DNA of 64,000 nucleotides from a virus. This document shows positions 1 to 8,842 of the stretch, piece by piece (positions within the stretch are counted from its first letter, which is position 1; every line of letters starts with the position of its first letter). Location of the stretch: positions 27,195 through 91,194 of the IMG/VR virus record IMGVR_UViG_3300009127_000250. The stretch is one strand, 5' to 3'. The translations under genes and the position numbers were made by a program. The notes beneath the pieces are model-generated. The model had not been told where the DNA came from and made no database searches. It was given only the letters and a program-made list of their open reading frames with translations.

Positions 1-51
1 CCGTAGAAAATTGATAGTCAGTCGTGATTCAGGAAAAAGGAGCGAAGTGCT

Positions 52-558
52 ATGTTCGGAGGAACAAACTTAGCAATTAAAATATTATTAAAAGCGATGG
101 AGGTACAAAGTATTATGAACGGAACAGATAATAGCAAGAACACAGTAGATTTCCTCGATATTCAGGATTCGGGGGACAGACAGGAATTCGACACGGGCTC
201 TGTTCGAGATTCTCAGGTTGGCAAGGGTCGGTATGATTTAATTACGCCTTTTGCCATGAAGCGGCTGGCCGTGCATTATGAAGGCGGGGCTATAAAGTAT
301 GCTGTCCGTAATTGGGAAAAGGGTCAAAATATTATGCGCTATCTGGAGAGTGCCGAGAGGCACATCAATGACCTCAAAGCTGCCTTGCTACTTGGTGAAA
401 TGACCGAAGATCACGCTGCTGCGATCATCTGGAATATGTTCGGGTTCATCCATACCGAAGAAATGCTCAAATTAGGCCGTTTGCCTGCATCTTTGGACGA
501 CCGGCCGGTGCCATATCCAAATTACACCGAAGGCGGACCTCTGCCCGAAGCTGCTTAA
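52..558 (+). CDS. dATP/dGTP diphosphohydrolase (DUF5664 family); true start may be 97 or 115
   Basis: GKGRYDLI...RLAVHYEGGAIKY...NWEKG...YLESAERH...HAAAIIWN motifs typical of DUF5664. Confidence 0.8.
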   Translation: MFGGTNLAIKILLKAMEVQSIMNGTDNSKNTVDFLDIQDSGDRQEFDTGSVRDSQVGKGRYDLITPFAMKRLAVHYEGGAIKYAVRNWEKGQNIMRYLESAERHINDLKAALLLGEMTEDHAAAIIWNMFGFIHTEEMLKLGRLPASLDDRPVPYPNYTEGGPLPEAA

Positions 559-882
559 TCTACCCTGGGGGGAACAGGGTCGGGGGCGCTGCTCAAAAAT
601 TTTTCGCACTTCGTCCACCGGACAGGCATGCCTGTTCCCTGTTCCCCGTTTTTAGACCTCATTTCAAATTTCTCATACGCTGCCTTTTCTAAAGGGGAAT
701 ATAGGGTAAAGGGGCCAACCCGCGTCCCCGTTTTAGATGCAAAGACAAATTCGCATCTAAAGTCGCAGCACTTCAAGGACACCCACCCCCCACCCTAAAC
801 GGATCCTTTCCGATTTAATATATTAAAAACAATTTTTTGTTGTTCTTTCGTAGGTTTCAACCTTCGCAGAAAGGGGGTTTTT

Positions 883-1098
883 ATGCTCGAACTCAGGGTT
901 GAATACACTACTCCCACCGGTCGAACGTATCATGAGCCGGTGGCAGGGTACACCGAGGCTTTGCGGTTTATTGATGAAATTGCGAAGTCCGGTAAATGTT
1001 CGGCGGAACTGCAAGTATGGATGGGGAGATGGCTACCAACCGGAGAGGTTACGTCGCAAGCTCTGAGAAAATGGAATAACAGAGCTTGCGTGCATTAG
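883..1098 (+). CDS. hypothetical protein
   Basis: AGGGGG RBS before ATG, 71 aa. Confidence 0.55.
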   Translation: MLELRVEYTTPTGRTYHEPVAGYTEALRFIDEIAKSGKCSAELQVWMGRWLPTGEVTSQALRKWNNRACVH

Positions 1099-1235
1099 CC
1101 CTGTTCATAGTTCAGTTCGCCGGACTCATTATCAGCATGGTCGTAACGTTTTGTTTTTTCGCCTGGCTATGCTTGTAAAAATATTTTTGGTTGTTTTTGA
1201 AGTAATTTTAACCCTTAACGAAAGGAGTCAACATT

Positions 1236-1691
1236 ATGCTGAACTCAGTTACCTTGATTGGAAACCTCGGACGTGATGCCGAACTCCGGTACACTCCGAG
1301 CGGTGTGGCAGTTGCCAACCTGAGTGTTGCTACTTCCGAACGCTGGAAGGACAAGGAGTCCGGCGAAGCTCGGGAGCGCACCGAATGGCACCGCATCGTA
1401 GCATGGAGCAAGCTGGCAGAGATTGCCGGCGAACTCTACACCAAGGGCAAGCAGATCCTTGTTGAAGGCACCCTGCAAACCCGTAAGTGGACGGATGATA
1501 ATGATATCGTCCGTTACACCACCGAAATTCGCGCCACTCGCCTGCGTCTTCTTGGCCCCGCACCCGCCGGAGCCGGTCAAAACGCTCCCGTCCCCTCGGA
1601 TGCTGACGCTCCGCCCGCAGTAGCTGCCGCCGCCGCTCAAAGCACCGAGCAGCCTGCACCTGTCCGTGTGGAAGACGACATTCCGTTCTAA
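1236..1691 (+). CDS. ssb: single-stranded DNA-binding protein
   Basis: [14 protein letters not shown]...[11 protein letters not shown]-fold; acidic tail DDIPF; AAGGAG RBS. Confidence 0.97.
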   Translation: MLNSVTLIGNLGRDAELRYTPSGVAVANLSVATSERWKDKESGEARERTEWHRIVAWSKLAEIAGELYTKGKQILVEGTLQTRKWTDDNDIVRYTTEIRATRLRLLGPAPAGAGQNAPVPSDADAPPAVAAAAAQSTEQPAPVRVEDDIPF

Positions 1692-1700
1692 ACCTGAAAC

Positions 1701-1721
1701 GGGGGCGCGAAGCCCCCAAAA
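1701..1721 (+). terminator. GC hairpin after ssb
   Basis: GGGGC-GCGAA-GCCCC followed by an A run. Confidence 0.45.
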
Positions 1722-1779
1722 ACTATTGTCAATTGTATTTCCTAAAATTTTTAACTTTCTCGAAAGGAGAACACTAATC

Positions 1780-2115
1780 ATGAATCGTTTACTCAAACTG
1801 TCCCTTTTCGCAGCAATGTTCGCTTTGGTACTGAGCGTTGGCGTGGCTTACGCTGGAGACCTCAAACTGGAAGGCGTTACCGTCGATTCCGCCGTCACCA
1901 AGATCGACAAAAACGGTGCCGAGTACGTCCGGATCATTTTCACGGAACAACGTTCCATTGACGGAATCAAATACCCCGCCGGAACCCCGCTGATGGCCTT
2001 TGGTAACCATGCCGAGGTTGCCAAGTCCCTCAAACCCGGCGACAAAATCAACGTGATCGCTGACAGGACGGAATATAACGGCAGAGTCTCGTACAATATC
2101 CGTACTTTCTTCTAA
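1780..2115 (+). CDS. exported protein with signal peptide
   Basis: AAGGAG RBS; MNRLLKLSLFAAMFALVLSVGVAYA signal peptide. Confidence 0.75.
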   Translation: MNRLLKLSLFAAMFALVLSVGVAYAGDLKLEGVTVDSAVTKIDKNGAEYVRIIFTEQRSIDGIKYPAGTPLMAFGNHAEVAKSLKPGDKINVIADRTEYNGRVSYNIRTFF

Positions 2116-2135
2116 GTCGCCTGCATCACCGACCG

Positions 2136-2185
2136 ATGGACAGGTCGCCGCCTCCAAAAATAATGAGCGGCCTGTCCATTTTTTG
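2136..2185 (+). terminator. intrinsic terminator
   Basis: ATGGACAGG/CCTGTCCAT stem followed by a T run. Confidence 0.6.
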
Positions 2186-2208
2186 TTATCTAAAATCAGG
2201 AGCATATT

Positions 2209-2565
2209 ATGGAAAACAAAGTTGAAATCATGCTATTATCCGTGGTCTTGGTGTTTATGATCATGATCGGATGGTACTCCAAGCTGTCATTCGAGAAAAG
2301 TCTGAATCTAAGACCGGATCAGCTTAAACATATTCAGCACCATTGGATAAATCACGATTCACGGCTTGTCACGGTTTTGATTGATGAAACTTTAGCCACC
2401 GGCACAGACGGAGCCTGTGAAACCGCCGCTCAAATATTCCATGCCATCACTTCGCAGGGATACCGGCTCCATGTTCTGTCGCCTAACGGCTTCGTGCCTT
2501 CGGACATGAACCCGATGGATGCCCAATGGACGGCTCAACTCGTAAATTTGGAGCTTAAATATTGA
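2209..2565 (+). CDS. membrane-anchored hypothetical protein
   Basis: AGGAG RBS; N-terminal hydrophobic helix. Confidence 0.65.
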   Translation: MENKVEIMLLSVVLVFMIMIGWYSKLSFEKSLNLRPDQLKHIQHHWINHDSRLVTVLIDETLATGTDGACETAAQIFHAITSQGYRLHVLSPNGFVPSDMNPMDAQWTAQLVNLELKY

Positions 2566-3110
2566 TCGGCCGGTCTAAAAACTGGCTGAAATACGTGGCC
2601 TTGATTTTATCTATCATGGGATTGGTCACATTCAGCCTCTTTATACTTGAAGAAAGCTTCCAAACCGTCATGTTCGGCACTTGGCCGGCCCAGGACGCCC
2701 AAAGGTGGGACATAGTTTACGATGGATGCAAGATGATGAAGCGAATCACTGGCACCATGAAGGTCGTAAACTACACTTTAGGCTGGATTCAGCCAATTGC
2801 CTTTATATCATACCAATCTTACGCCGAATCCGGCGATTATTACACCAGGGCTCTAAGAGCCAAGGTGCTTGCTCATTCGCCAAAGCAATTTGAGGGTGAG
2901 GAAATCACCCTTACCTTCCGATATAATGAACTCAAGGCAATGCCAGACGGCTCCATATTGCTTATTAACGGAAAAAAGGGAATCCGAGTATGGACAAAAC
3001 CCGAAAAATCCGTTGTAAGTGCCTCTGGGATTCTGACAAGGCATAAAAATCTGTTCATTATAGACAATCGGAAGGAAAATGGGCGCAATCCCGCCCGCCA
3101 AGTCCGGTAA
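2562..3110 (+). CDS. membrane-anchored hypothetical protein
   Basis: overlaps the upstream stop; N-terminal TM helix. Confidence 0.6.
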   Translation: MIGRSKNWLKYVALILSIMGLVTFSLFILEESFQTVMFGTWPAQDAQRWDIVYDGCKMMKRITGTMKVVNYTLGWIQPIAFISYQSYAESGDYYTRALRAKVLAHSPKQFEGEEITLTFRYNELKAMPDGSILLINGKKGIRVWTKPEKSVVSASGILTRHKNLFIIDNRKENGRNPARQVR

Positions 3111-3332
3111 GAGTCCGGTTCAATCGGGATCATTGAGCAGAGCTTGGCTTCCACTATAACAATTTGGCCTATATGTTGCCGAGAGTGTGACACATAGGAC
3201 TTCGTGAGGGGATTGCGGTGGCACCGGTATCGCCTCATGTATAAGTAGCAAGGCCAGCCACCTTGTTCCAAAACCGCCCAGCCCCTTTCGCTGTCGTGGC
3301 GGCATATAAGTCCGGGTTAAACAGCATAAATT

Positions 3333-3364
3333 AAGCCCCTTCTCTCTAAGTTGGGGCTTTTTTT
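3333..3364 (+). terminator. intrinsic terminator
   Basis: AAGCCCC/GGGGCTT stem + T7. Confidence 0.65.
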
Positions 3365-3462
3365 ATGTTAGATTAGTGCGATCCCCTCCGGGTCGGTTGT
3401 CTTCCAGGCTCGCTGTTCGCTCGGTCCCAAGGGACTACACCTTCCAGCCCCCCTATCGCCTG

Positions 3463-3896
3463 ACGCCCTCCGGTTGTCAAAAGGAACGCCGCAAGCGGCT
3501 TCTTTTCGCCCATTTCTGTAAGGCTTGGATTCGCGGAAGCTCTAAAAATCAAAATCAGACGAAAAAGATTTAAAGGAAACATCTGATTTTTATTTTATAG
3601 AGCTTCTTACGCGCCAAGCCTAACATAAATCGGCGACTCCTTGACAGATGCGGAGAGCATCCAAAAAAAGATTTTTGTTGTTCTTGGAGAAATCGCTCAG
3701 AACCTGTCAAGACCTGTTTGATCGGGAGTTTTTGGGCAAACTTTCAGGACGATAGAACTTTGAAAGTTTACCAAAAAACGAACGTTCCGACCAAACAGCG
3801 AGTCAGCAAAGCCCACGCCAGCAAGCTGTCATGTACTTTGCATGAGTCTTGACAGAACCCTCACGATTTCCCTTGGTGGAACCAAAAACTTTTTTT
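3463..3896. repeat. two long imperfect nested inverted repeats (Frpo/ssi-like or structured RNA)
   Basis: GAAGCTCTA 3536/TAGAGCTTC 3598; AGGCTTGG 3521/CCAAGCCT 3614; TGTCAA 3475/TTGACA 3641; CTGTCAAGAC 3704/GTCTTGACAG 3846; AAACTTTCA 3738/TGAAAGTTT 3761. Confidence 0.75.
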
Positions 3897-3972
3897 ATTT
3901 TATTTGGCTGATTATAGTTTCCGCTTTTTGAAAAAAGCTTGGCAAAAACTTTAAGATTATAAGGGGGCTCTT

Positions 3973-4311
3973 ATGGTTATCGTCCACAATTATCGAAACG
4001 AGATTCCAAGTATTATGTGTGATTCTGATACTTGGGCTGAAACTGGAATTATGCAGTCTAAAGGAGCAATTCTCGGCAATCCGTTTTATAAAGAACCGAG
4101 AAATCAGGCTGTTAAGAAGTTTCGGTCTTATTTATGGGCTGAAATGCAAAAAATGGACAGTCTGATTAGGTTGGAACTCTACAGGCTTGCTGGAGAAATT
4201 AAAAATGGAAAAACAGTGATTTTAACATGTTGCTGCGCTCCGAAAGCCTGTCATGGAGATGTTATTAAAAACGCTATCGAATGGATTAATTCCGAAAGGA
4301 GCGTATCATGA
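3973..4311 (+). CDS. DUF4326-like protein
   Basis: LGNPF...LTCCCAPKACHGDVI signature. Confidence 0.85.
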   Translation: MVIVHNYRNEIPSIMCDSDTWAETGIMQSKGAILGNPFYKEPRNQAVKKFRSYLWAEMQKMDSLIRLELYRLAGEIKNGKTVILTCCCAPKACHGDVIKNAIEWINSERSVS

Positions 4312-4742
4312 ATAAATCAGGACGTAATTGGTTTAGTAATTTTTTGCCATTTGAAGAATCGTTAAAGTACCAAGGACTTTTCTTTGTAACGCCTGAACAT
4401 TTCTACCAGGCTATGAAAAGCAAGGACTTTAACGACCGGCATCACGTTAGCCTGGCACGAACACCTGGTCAAGCAAAGCGCCGAGGCAGGTCAATCAAGC
4501 TTCGCTCCGATTGGGAGCAAATTAAACAAGACGTTATGGAATATGCTTTGCGTTATAAGTTCCAAGCATCAACATGGCGCAAAAAATTGCTCGCTACCGG
4601 CAATGATGAAATAATCGAATGGAATTATTGGCATGATAATATTTGGGGCAATTGCACCTGCAACAAATGCCAAAATATTAAAGGCCAGAATTTGCTTGGA
4701 AAGTTGCTTATGAAAATTCGGGCAGAATTAAATAAATCTTAA
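4308..4742 (+). CDS. NADAR family protein
   Basis: WFSNF...EHFYQAMK...AKRRGR...KF...LLATG...E...D.IWG...GQNLLGKLLMKIR. Confidence 0.92.
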   Translation: MNKSGRNWFSNFLPFEESLKYQGLFFVTPEHFYQAMKSKDFNDRHHVSLARTPGQAKRRGRSIKLRSDWEQIKQDVMEYALRYKFQASTWRKKLLATGNDEIIEWNYWHDNIWGNCTCNKCQNIKGQNLLGKLLMKIRAELNKS

Positions 4743-4831
4743 ATTGTTCTTAAATTAAAACGCCCGTGGGCAACGCCGCAAACGAAACCCACGGGCAAAT
4801 TGCAACTCTCTCTGGTGAAAGGAGCAATATC

Positions 4832-6424
4832 ATGCGTAATACTGCAAAATCAATTTGGCGTCAAGCGTGGATCGATAAACACATTGCTATTCACACATCA
4901 GTCAAGTCTCATCTACCCGGCTGGCCAACTCCTAAAGAAATTCACTTCACCCAACCCAAATCTGAACTTGTCGAAAACATCGTCACCCATGAACGTGACG
5001 TTGACGTGTTCACCCACGATAATCGCTCTATGGATATCGTGGCCTTCTTGCCGCCTACGGAATACATCATTACAAGGTACAGCCCCGAAGGTAAAATCTG
5101 CGGTGTTGTCAAAGAACACACCGACGATCAGTACCAGCAGATTGCCGATGATCTGGCTGACCGGCCAGTTTACGATTTTGGCGAATGCTGGACAGCCGTT
5201 GGCGCTCACGTTACCGAAATGACCGGCCTTGATCGTATGATCTTCGAAGACGGCCACAACGGATCCGGCAAAGTCCAACGTCAAGGCATGAATATACCAA
5301 TCGTTTCCAAGTGGCGCCGACCCGACTGGCTGCATTATAAATTCAAGGGCGCTGGCCTTGAAGTTACATTCGACCAGGCCGAAGATCTGATAGATTTTTG
5401 GAATATCATCGATCCCGACTGTAGAATCTGGACGGATTTCTTCGTATGGACAGTCAAAGGCGGCATAGAACAAGCCCTTGACTACTTCGAAAATCTGGCC
5501 GGCTCATTGGTTGATGATGAAGTCTGCATCAACGATAAGCCTATGAACAACGGTTCGCCCCACCAGGAAATAGGCGAAGGCGACTACGAGCAGGCCATGA
5601 TCGCTGATATCATAGAATCAGGCTCCATCGAAGATATCGGCACTTTCAAAACCTTCGATGAACTGGCTGATGCTTGGGACGCGTTGTTCGTTGACCACGA
5701 AGAATACGCCGGAGAAAACTATCTTGATCACGAAATTGACGAAATCTTCGGTAAATTCACCTATGAAACAGAGTGCGGCCAACTTCGCCTTGATCGTGGG
5801 TTTGGTACGCCGGATACGTTCAGGTACAACGTCATCAATGACGACCTGTACTGGCCTCAACATACACCGGCTGTTCTTGATGATGGTACACGCACATATC
5901 CCAAGCTCTGGTGGGCTTGGGGTTGTCCACGCTACGCCAAGATACGCCGCTTCATCGAGAATGCGAACCTTGCCCAGATAAACGCCATCCGTCGCAAAGC
6001 ACATAACAACTGTGACTGGATGAACTACTACCAACGCTCTATATTCTGGGGCGTTACCAAGCAACGCAAAAGCTACCTTGAAGGATGCAAGGCGATCTAC
6101 GTACAAACGTTGCTTGATAGTATTACGGCAGTTGAGAAACGCTCTCTGACCATGATGCGTAACACTAAAAGCATCAAGCAGGCTAAGTTCTATTGGTACT
6201 TGATCTACTCAAACACAAAGAACCTTGGCCGCCCACGGTTTGTCGAGTACGTGCTCAAGCCTGAATTGAACAAACGTCAGCAGATGCTTGAAAAACTGCC
6301 GGACATGACGCCGCCTGAACCGGAAATGCTCTTTGATAGCTACGATGATGCGTTCTACCATGAACACACTTACGAGGAGTTCGACGACTGGACGGTGCAT
6401 GTGCCCAACGAACAAGTAATTTAG
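4832..6424 (+). CDS. large hypothetical phage protein (acidic middle, basic C-terminal part)
   Basis: long ORF; AAGGAG RBS before ATG 4832; terminator follows. Confidence 0.8.
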   Translation: MRNTAKSIWRQAWIDKHIAIHTSVKSHLPGWPTPKEIHFTQPKSELVENIVTHERDVDVFTHDNRSMDIVAFLPPTEYIITRYSPEGKICGVVKEHTDDQYQQIADDLADRPVYDFGECWTAVGAHVTEMTGLDRMIFEDGHNGSGKVQRQGMNIPIVSKWRRPDWLHYKFKGAGLEVTFDQAEDLIDFWNIIDPDCRIWTDFFVWTVKGGIEQALDYFENLAGSLVDDEVCINDKPMNNGSPHQEIGEGDYEQAMIADIIESGSIEDIGTFKTFDELADAWDALFVDHEEYAGENYLDHEIDEIFGKFTYETECGQLRLDRGFGTPDTFRYNVINDDLYWPQHTPAVLDDGTRTYPKLWWAWGCPRYAKIRRFIENANLAQINAIRRKAHNNCDWMNYYQRSIFWGVTKQRKSYLEGCKAIYVQTLLDSITAVEKRSLTMMRNTKSIKQAKFYWYLIYSNTKNLGRPRFVEYVLKPELNKRQQMLEKLPDMTPPEPEMLFDSYDDAFYHEHTYEEFDDWTVHVPNEQVI

Positions 6425-6430
6425 TTACCA

Positions 6431-6461
6431 GGCCGGGACTCTACGGAGTCTCGGTCTTTTT
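6431..6461 (+). terminator. intrinsic terminator
   Basis: GGCCGGGACTC-TACG-GAGTCTCGGTC + T5. Confidence 0.75.
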
Positions 6462-6616
6462 CGCATTGATAAGGATGAACATCATGTTCATACTCAGGCC
6501 AATCTTATGTGCAACGCATAGGTAGGCAGGAAGGGAAGGTATGTAGGCTGATTACATAGAGGTAGGACAGGTTGGACTTGTCTCTAAAATTTTACGAATT
6601 TCCGCATTTTTATTTT

Positions 6617-7045
6617 TCAAATCGGACCTTTTAATTCCGGACATTTATCAATATTATTTTGTACCCAATCCATAATAACAGGGCTGATTCTTTTTAACCA
6701 CCTATCAGTCTTATAATAACTAACAACCAAAGTCCCCTGATCTCCGTCATTTCTAATTTGAACAACGAATAATTCGCAAAAATCTGAGGAAACGGTAATA
6801 TGTCCTTCTTTAATGTCTGGATAGAGGTTTCCGTCTACGTAGCTACCCGGGCGCAGCATTGGAATTGCTGATCGAGCAAAGCAATTTACGGTTTTTTCCA
6901 GCAGGTCACGATAAACGTTCTGGTAGTCTCCGGCCACTTTGAATTTACTAATATTGGGATTAGCGGAGCTTTGTTTTAATGTGCTGCTGCCGCATCCAGC
7001 TAAAATTAACATCAACATAATTATTATAGTAGTAATTTTCCGCAT
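6617..7045 (-). CDS. lipoprotein
   Basis: GGAGG RBS; MRKITTIIIMLMLILAG-C lipobox. Confidence 0.8.
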   Translation of the reverse strand: MRKITTIIIMLMLILAGCGSSTLKQSSANPNISKFKVAGDYQNVYRDLLEKTVNCFARSAIPMLRPGSYVDGNLYPDIKEGHITVSSDFCELFVVQIRNDGDQGTLVVSYYKTDRWLKRISPVIMDWVQNNIDKCPELKGPI

Positions 7046-7211
7046 AAAATTCCTCCAAAGAATATTTTTATAAAAACCGATCATAAAAGTTATTAAGATG
7101 TCAAGGGAATTTTAAAAAATATTATAAAATTGTTATGAATATGAAAATAACACTTGCTTTTTTATAATTATTTGTTACTAATAGTAAGAATTACAAAAAG
7201 GAGATATCTAA

Positions 7212-7457
7212 TTGAAAGATTTTTGGAGTACCCATCCAGGTCAAAGATTCCGCTCTATTTTAGAATCATCCCTACCTCTGATTGCTAACAGTCTGGCAGC
7301 AGTTGCTATCCATCTTGAAAAAAGTCCCAAGTCCCAAGTCCAAAATACACCGATCGTATTTAATAGTCAGGAAGAATTTGAAAAAGCGGTCAGGCTTGCC
7401 ATAATGCAGGCTTATCGTGAAAATACCAATAATTTTCGCCAATATTTTAATTGTTGA
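7212..7457 (+). CDS. hypothetical protein upstream of the Nop-domain gene
   Basis: AAGGAG RBS, TTG start. Confidence 0.55.
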   Translation: MKDFWSTHPGQRFRSILESSLPLIANSLAAVAIHLEKSPKSQVQNTPIVFNSQEEFEKAVRLAIMQAYRENTNNFRQYFNC

Positions 7458-7475
7458 AAAAATTTTATTAACCAT

Positions 7476-7490
7476 CTTACTGAAAGTAAG
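7476..7490. promoter_or_regulatory. palindromic operator CTTACT-N3-AGTAAG (recurs at 7174, 16562, 30892, 40582, 48988, 52740)
   Basis: CTTACTGAAAGTAAG overlapping the RBS; intergenic copies at several gene starts. Confidence 0.7.
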
Positions 7491-7501
7491 GAGAATTATT
7501 C

Positions 7502-8371
7502 ATGAAACAGTATTTAAAGACTATGGTTCGGGGTTGTTATACCGTTCAGAAATTAAGAATTCAGACTGGCAATCGGTTGGTTGCCAACTTTAGGGCCAAG
7601 TTGGGTTTGGATCCGAGTCAGAAGGAAGATGAGCTTGACAAGGAAGGTAAGCGGATCATGGAAGACATTCGGGCTGCTTTTCGGAAGATTACTGACGGTG
7701 TTTTGAGTTTGCCGAACCGGAAGAAATTTAAGGCCGAGGGTGTTATTTCGTCATACACGGAATTTGCTTTGATTTCTCAGTACATTGGACTTGAGGAATC
7801 GGAGAAGCGTCATTTTAAGCAATTAGAGGGTATATTGGCTGAATTTCCGCTTTGGACGAAGTATTTGGAGTCGGTTAAGGGCGTGGGCCCCGCTATGGCC
7901 GGTGTGATTATTTCGGAGATTGACATCGAAAAGGCGGAGTATCCGTCCTCACTGTGGAAGTATGCGGGTTTGGACGTTGCTGAGGACGGCAAGGGTCGGA
8001 GTAAGCGCAAGGAGCATCTTATTGAGGTTGAATATAAAGCTGCTGACGGGGAGGCCAAGCTTCGAAACAGCATAACGTTCAATCCGTTTTTAAAGACGAA
8101 GTTGCTTGGTGTTCTTGGGACTTCATTTTTGAGATTGGGGCCGGATCGGTCTAATTATGCCAAGACTTATTATGATTACAAGAATCGTCTTGAGAATCAT
8201 CCGGACCATCAAGAAAAGACCAAAATGCATCGTCATCGTATGGCTTTGCGGTATGCGGTGAAGCGTTTTCTTGTGGATCTGCATATTGCGTGGCGTGCGA
8301 TTGAGGGTTTACCTGTTTCAGTTGAATACAGTGAGGCCAAGCTTGGCATGGAGCATAAGAAGGCTGCTTAA
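7502..8371 (+). CDS. Nop-domain RNA-binding protein, IS110-related, without RuvC/HNH (TasA-like)
   Basis: N-terminal coiled coil (QKLRIQTGNRL); VKGVGPAMAGVIISEI...SSLWKYAGL (Transposase_20/Nop-like); HRHRMALRYAVKRFL; no DEDD domain; array follows directly. Confidence 0.85.
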   Translation: MKQYLKTMVRGCYTVQKLRIQTGNRLVANFRAKLGLDPSQKEDELDKEGKRIMEDIRAAFRKITDGVLSLPNRKKFKAEGVISSYTEFALISQYIGLEESEKRHFKQLEGILAEFPLWTKYLESVKGVGPAMAGVIISEIDIEKAEYPSSLWKYAGLDVAEDGKGRSKRKEHLIEVEYKAADGEAKLRNSITFNPFLKTKLLGVLGTSFLRLGPDRSNYAKTYYDYKNRLENHPDHQEKTKMHRHRMALRYAVKRFLVDLHIAWRAIEGLPVSVEYSEAKLGMEHKKAA

Positions 8372-8378
8372 GTCCGTT

Positions 8379-8797
8379 AGTAACCCTAAGTGTCATAGCG
8401 AGTCATTGGCATTAAGAAATCCAACATCTTGTAGCGAGTCATCGATATACAGAAACCCTGACATCTTTAGCGTACCGTCCCTGGCAAGAAAACCAGATTA
8501 AAGTAGTGGATCAGAAAGGGTTAGAAATCCAATAAGTTTGAAGTGTGCCAGAAAGGGGGAGAAACCCAATTTACCACAGCGAGTCTATGGAAAAATTAAC
8601 CCAACATAATTTAGCGAGTCATTTGGTGTAAGCAAACCAGCACAATATAGCGAGTCAGGAGGACAAAGAAATCCATTGTCAAATAGCGTGCCAGGAGGTG
8701 AGAGTAATCCAGTCATTTGTTAGCGAATCAATCCTTACAAGAAATCCAACGAGCAGTAGTGGGTCAGAAAGAAGAAGAAAACCAATCTTGTTCAGCG
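8379..8797 (+). repeat. TIGR-like dual-repeat guide RNA array, 11 complete ~36-nt units plus a leading half unit
   Basis: edge repeats (consensus AGCGAGTCA) at 8397, 8433, 8469, 8505, 8542, 8578, 8613, 8649, 8685, 8722, 8758, 8794 alternate with loop repeats (consensus AGAAATCCA) at 8379, 8415, 8451, 8487, 8523, 8560, 8595, 8631, 8667, 8703, 8740, 8776; unique 9-nt (8-10) spacers. Confidence 0.92.
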
Positions 8798-8842
8798 ATT
8801 TTAAAGTAATTTTAGTTGTTCTTTTTAAATTATAGTTTATAT

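Noticed and set aside
3111-3330. Possible ncRNA in the GC-balanced intergenic stretch
   Set aside because: No convincing helices or known RNA motif found by eye
4761-4800. Hairpin GCCCGTGGG/CCCACGGGC as a c-di-GMP-I riboswitch
   Set aside because: The second stem and tetraloop-receptor arrangement are not present
7502-8371. IS110-family transposase / insertion sequence
   Set aside because: No N-terminal DEDD RuvC domain and no catalytic serine motif; it is embedded in a phage operon and followed by a dual-repeat array
8379-8797. CRISPR array or coding tandem repeat
   Set aside because: Repeats are two alternating 9-mers with 9-nt spacers, there are no cas genes, and periods of 35 and 37 break any reading frame
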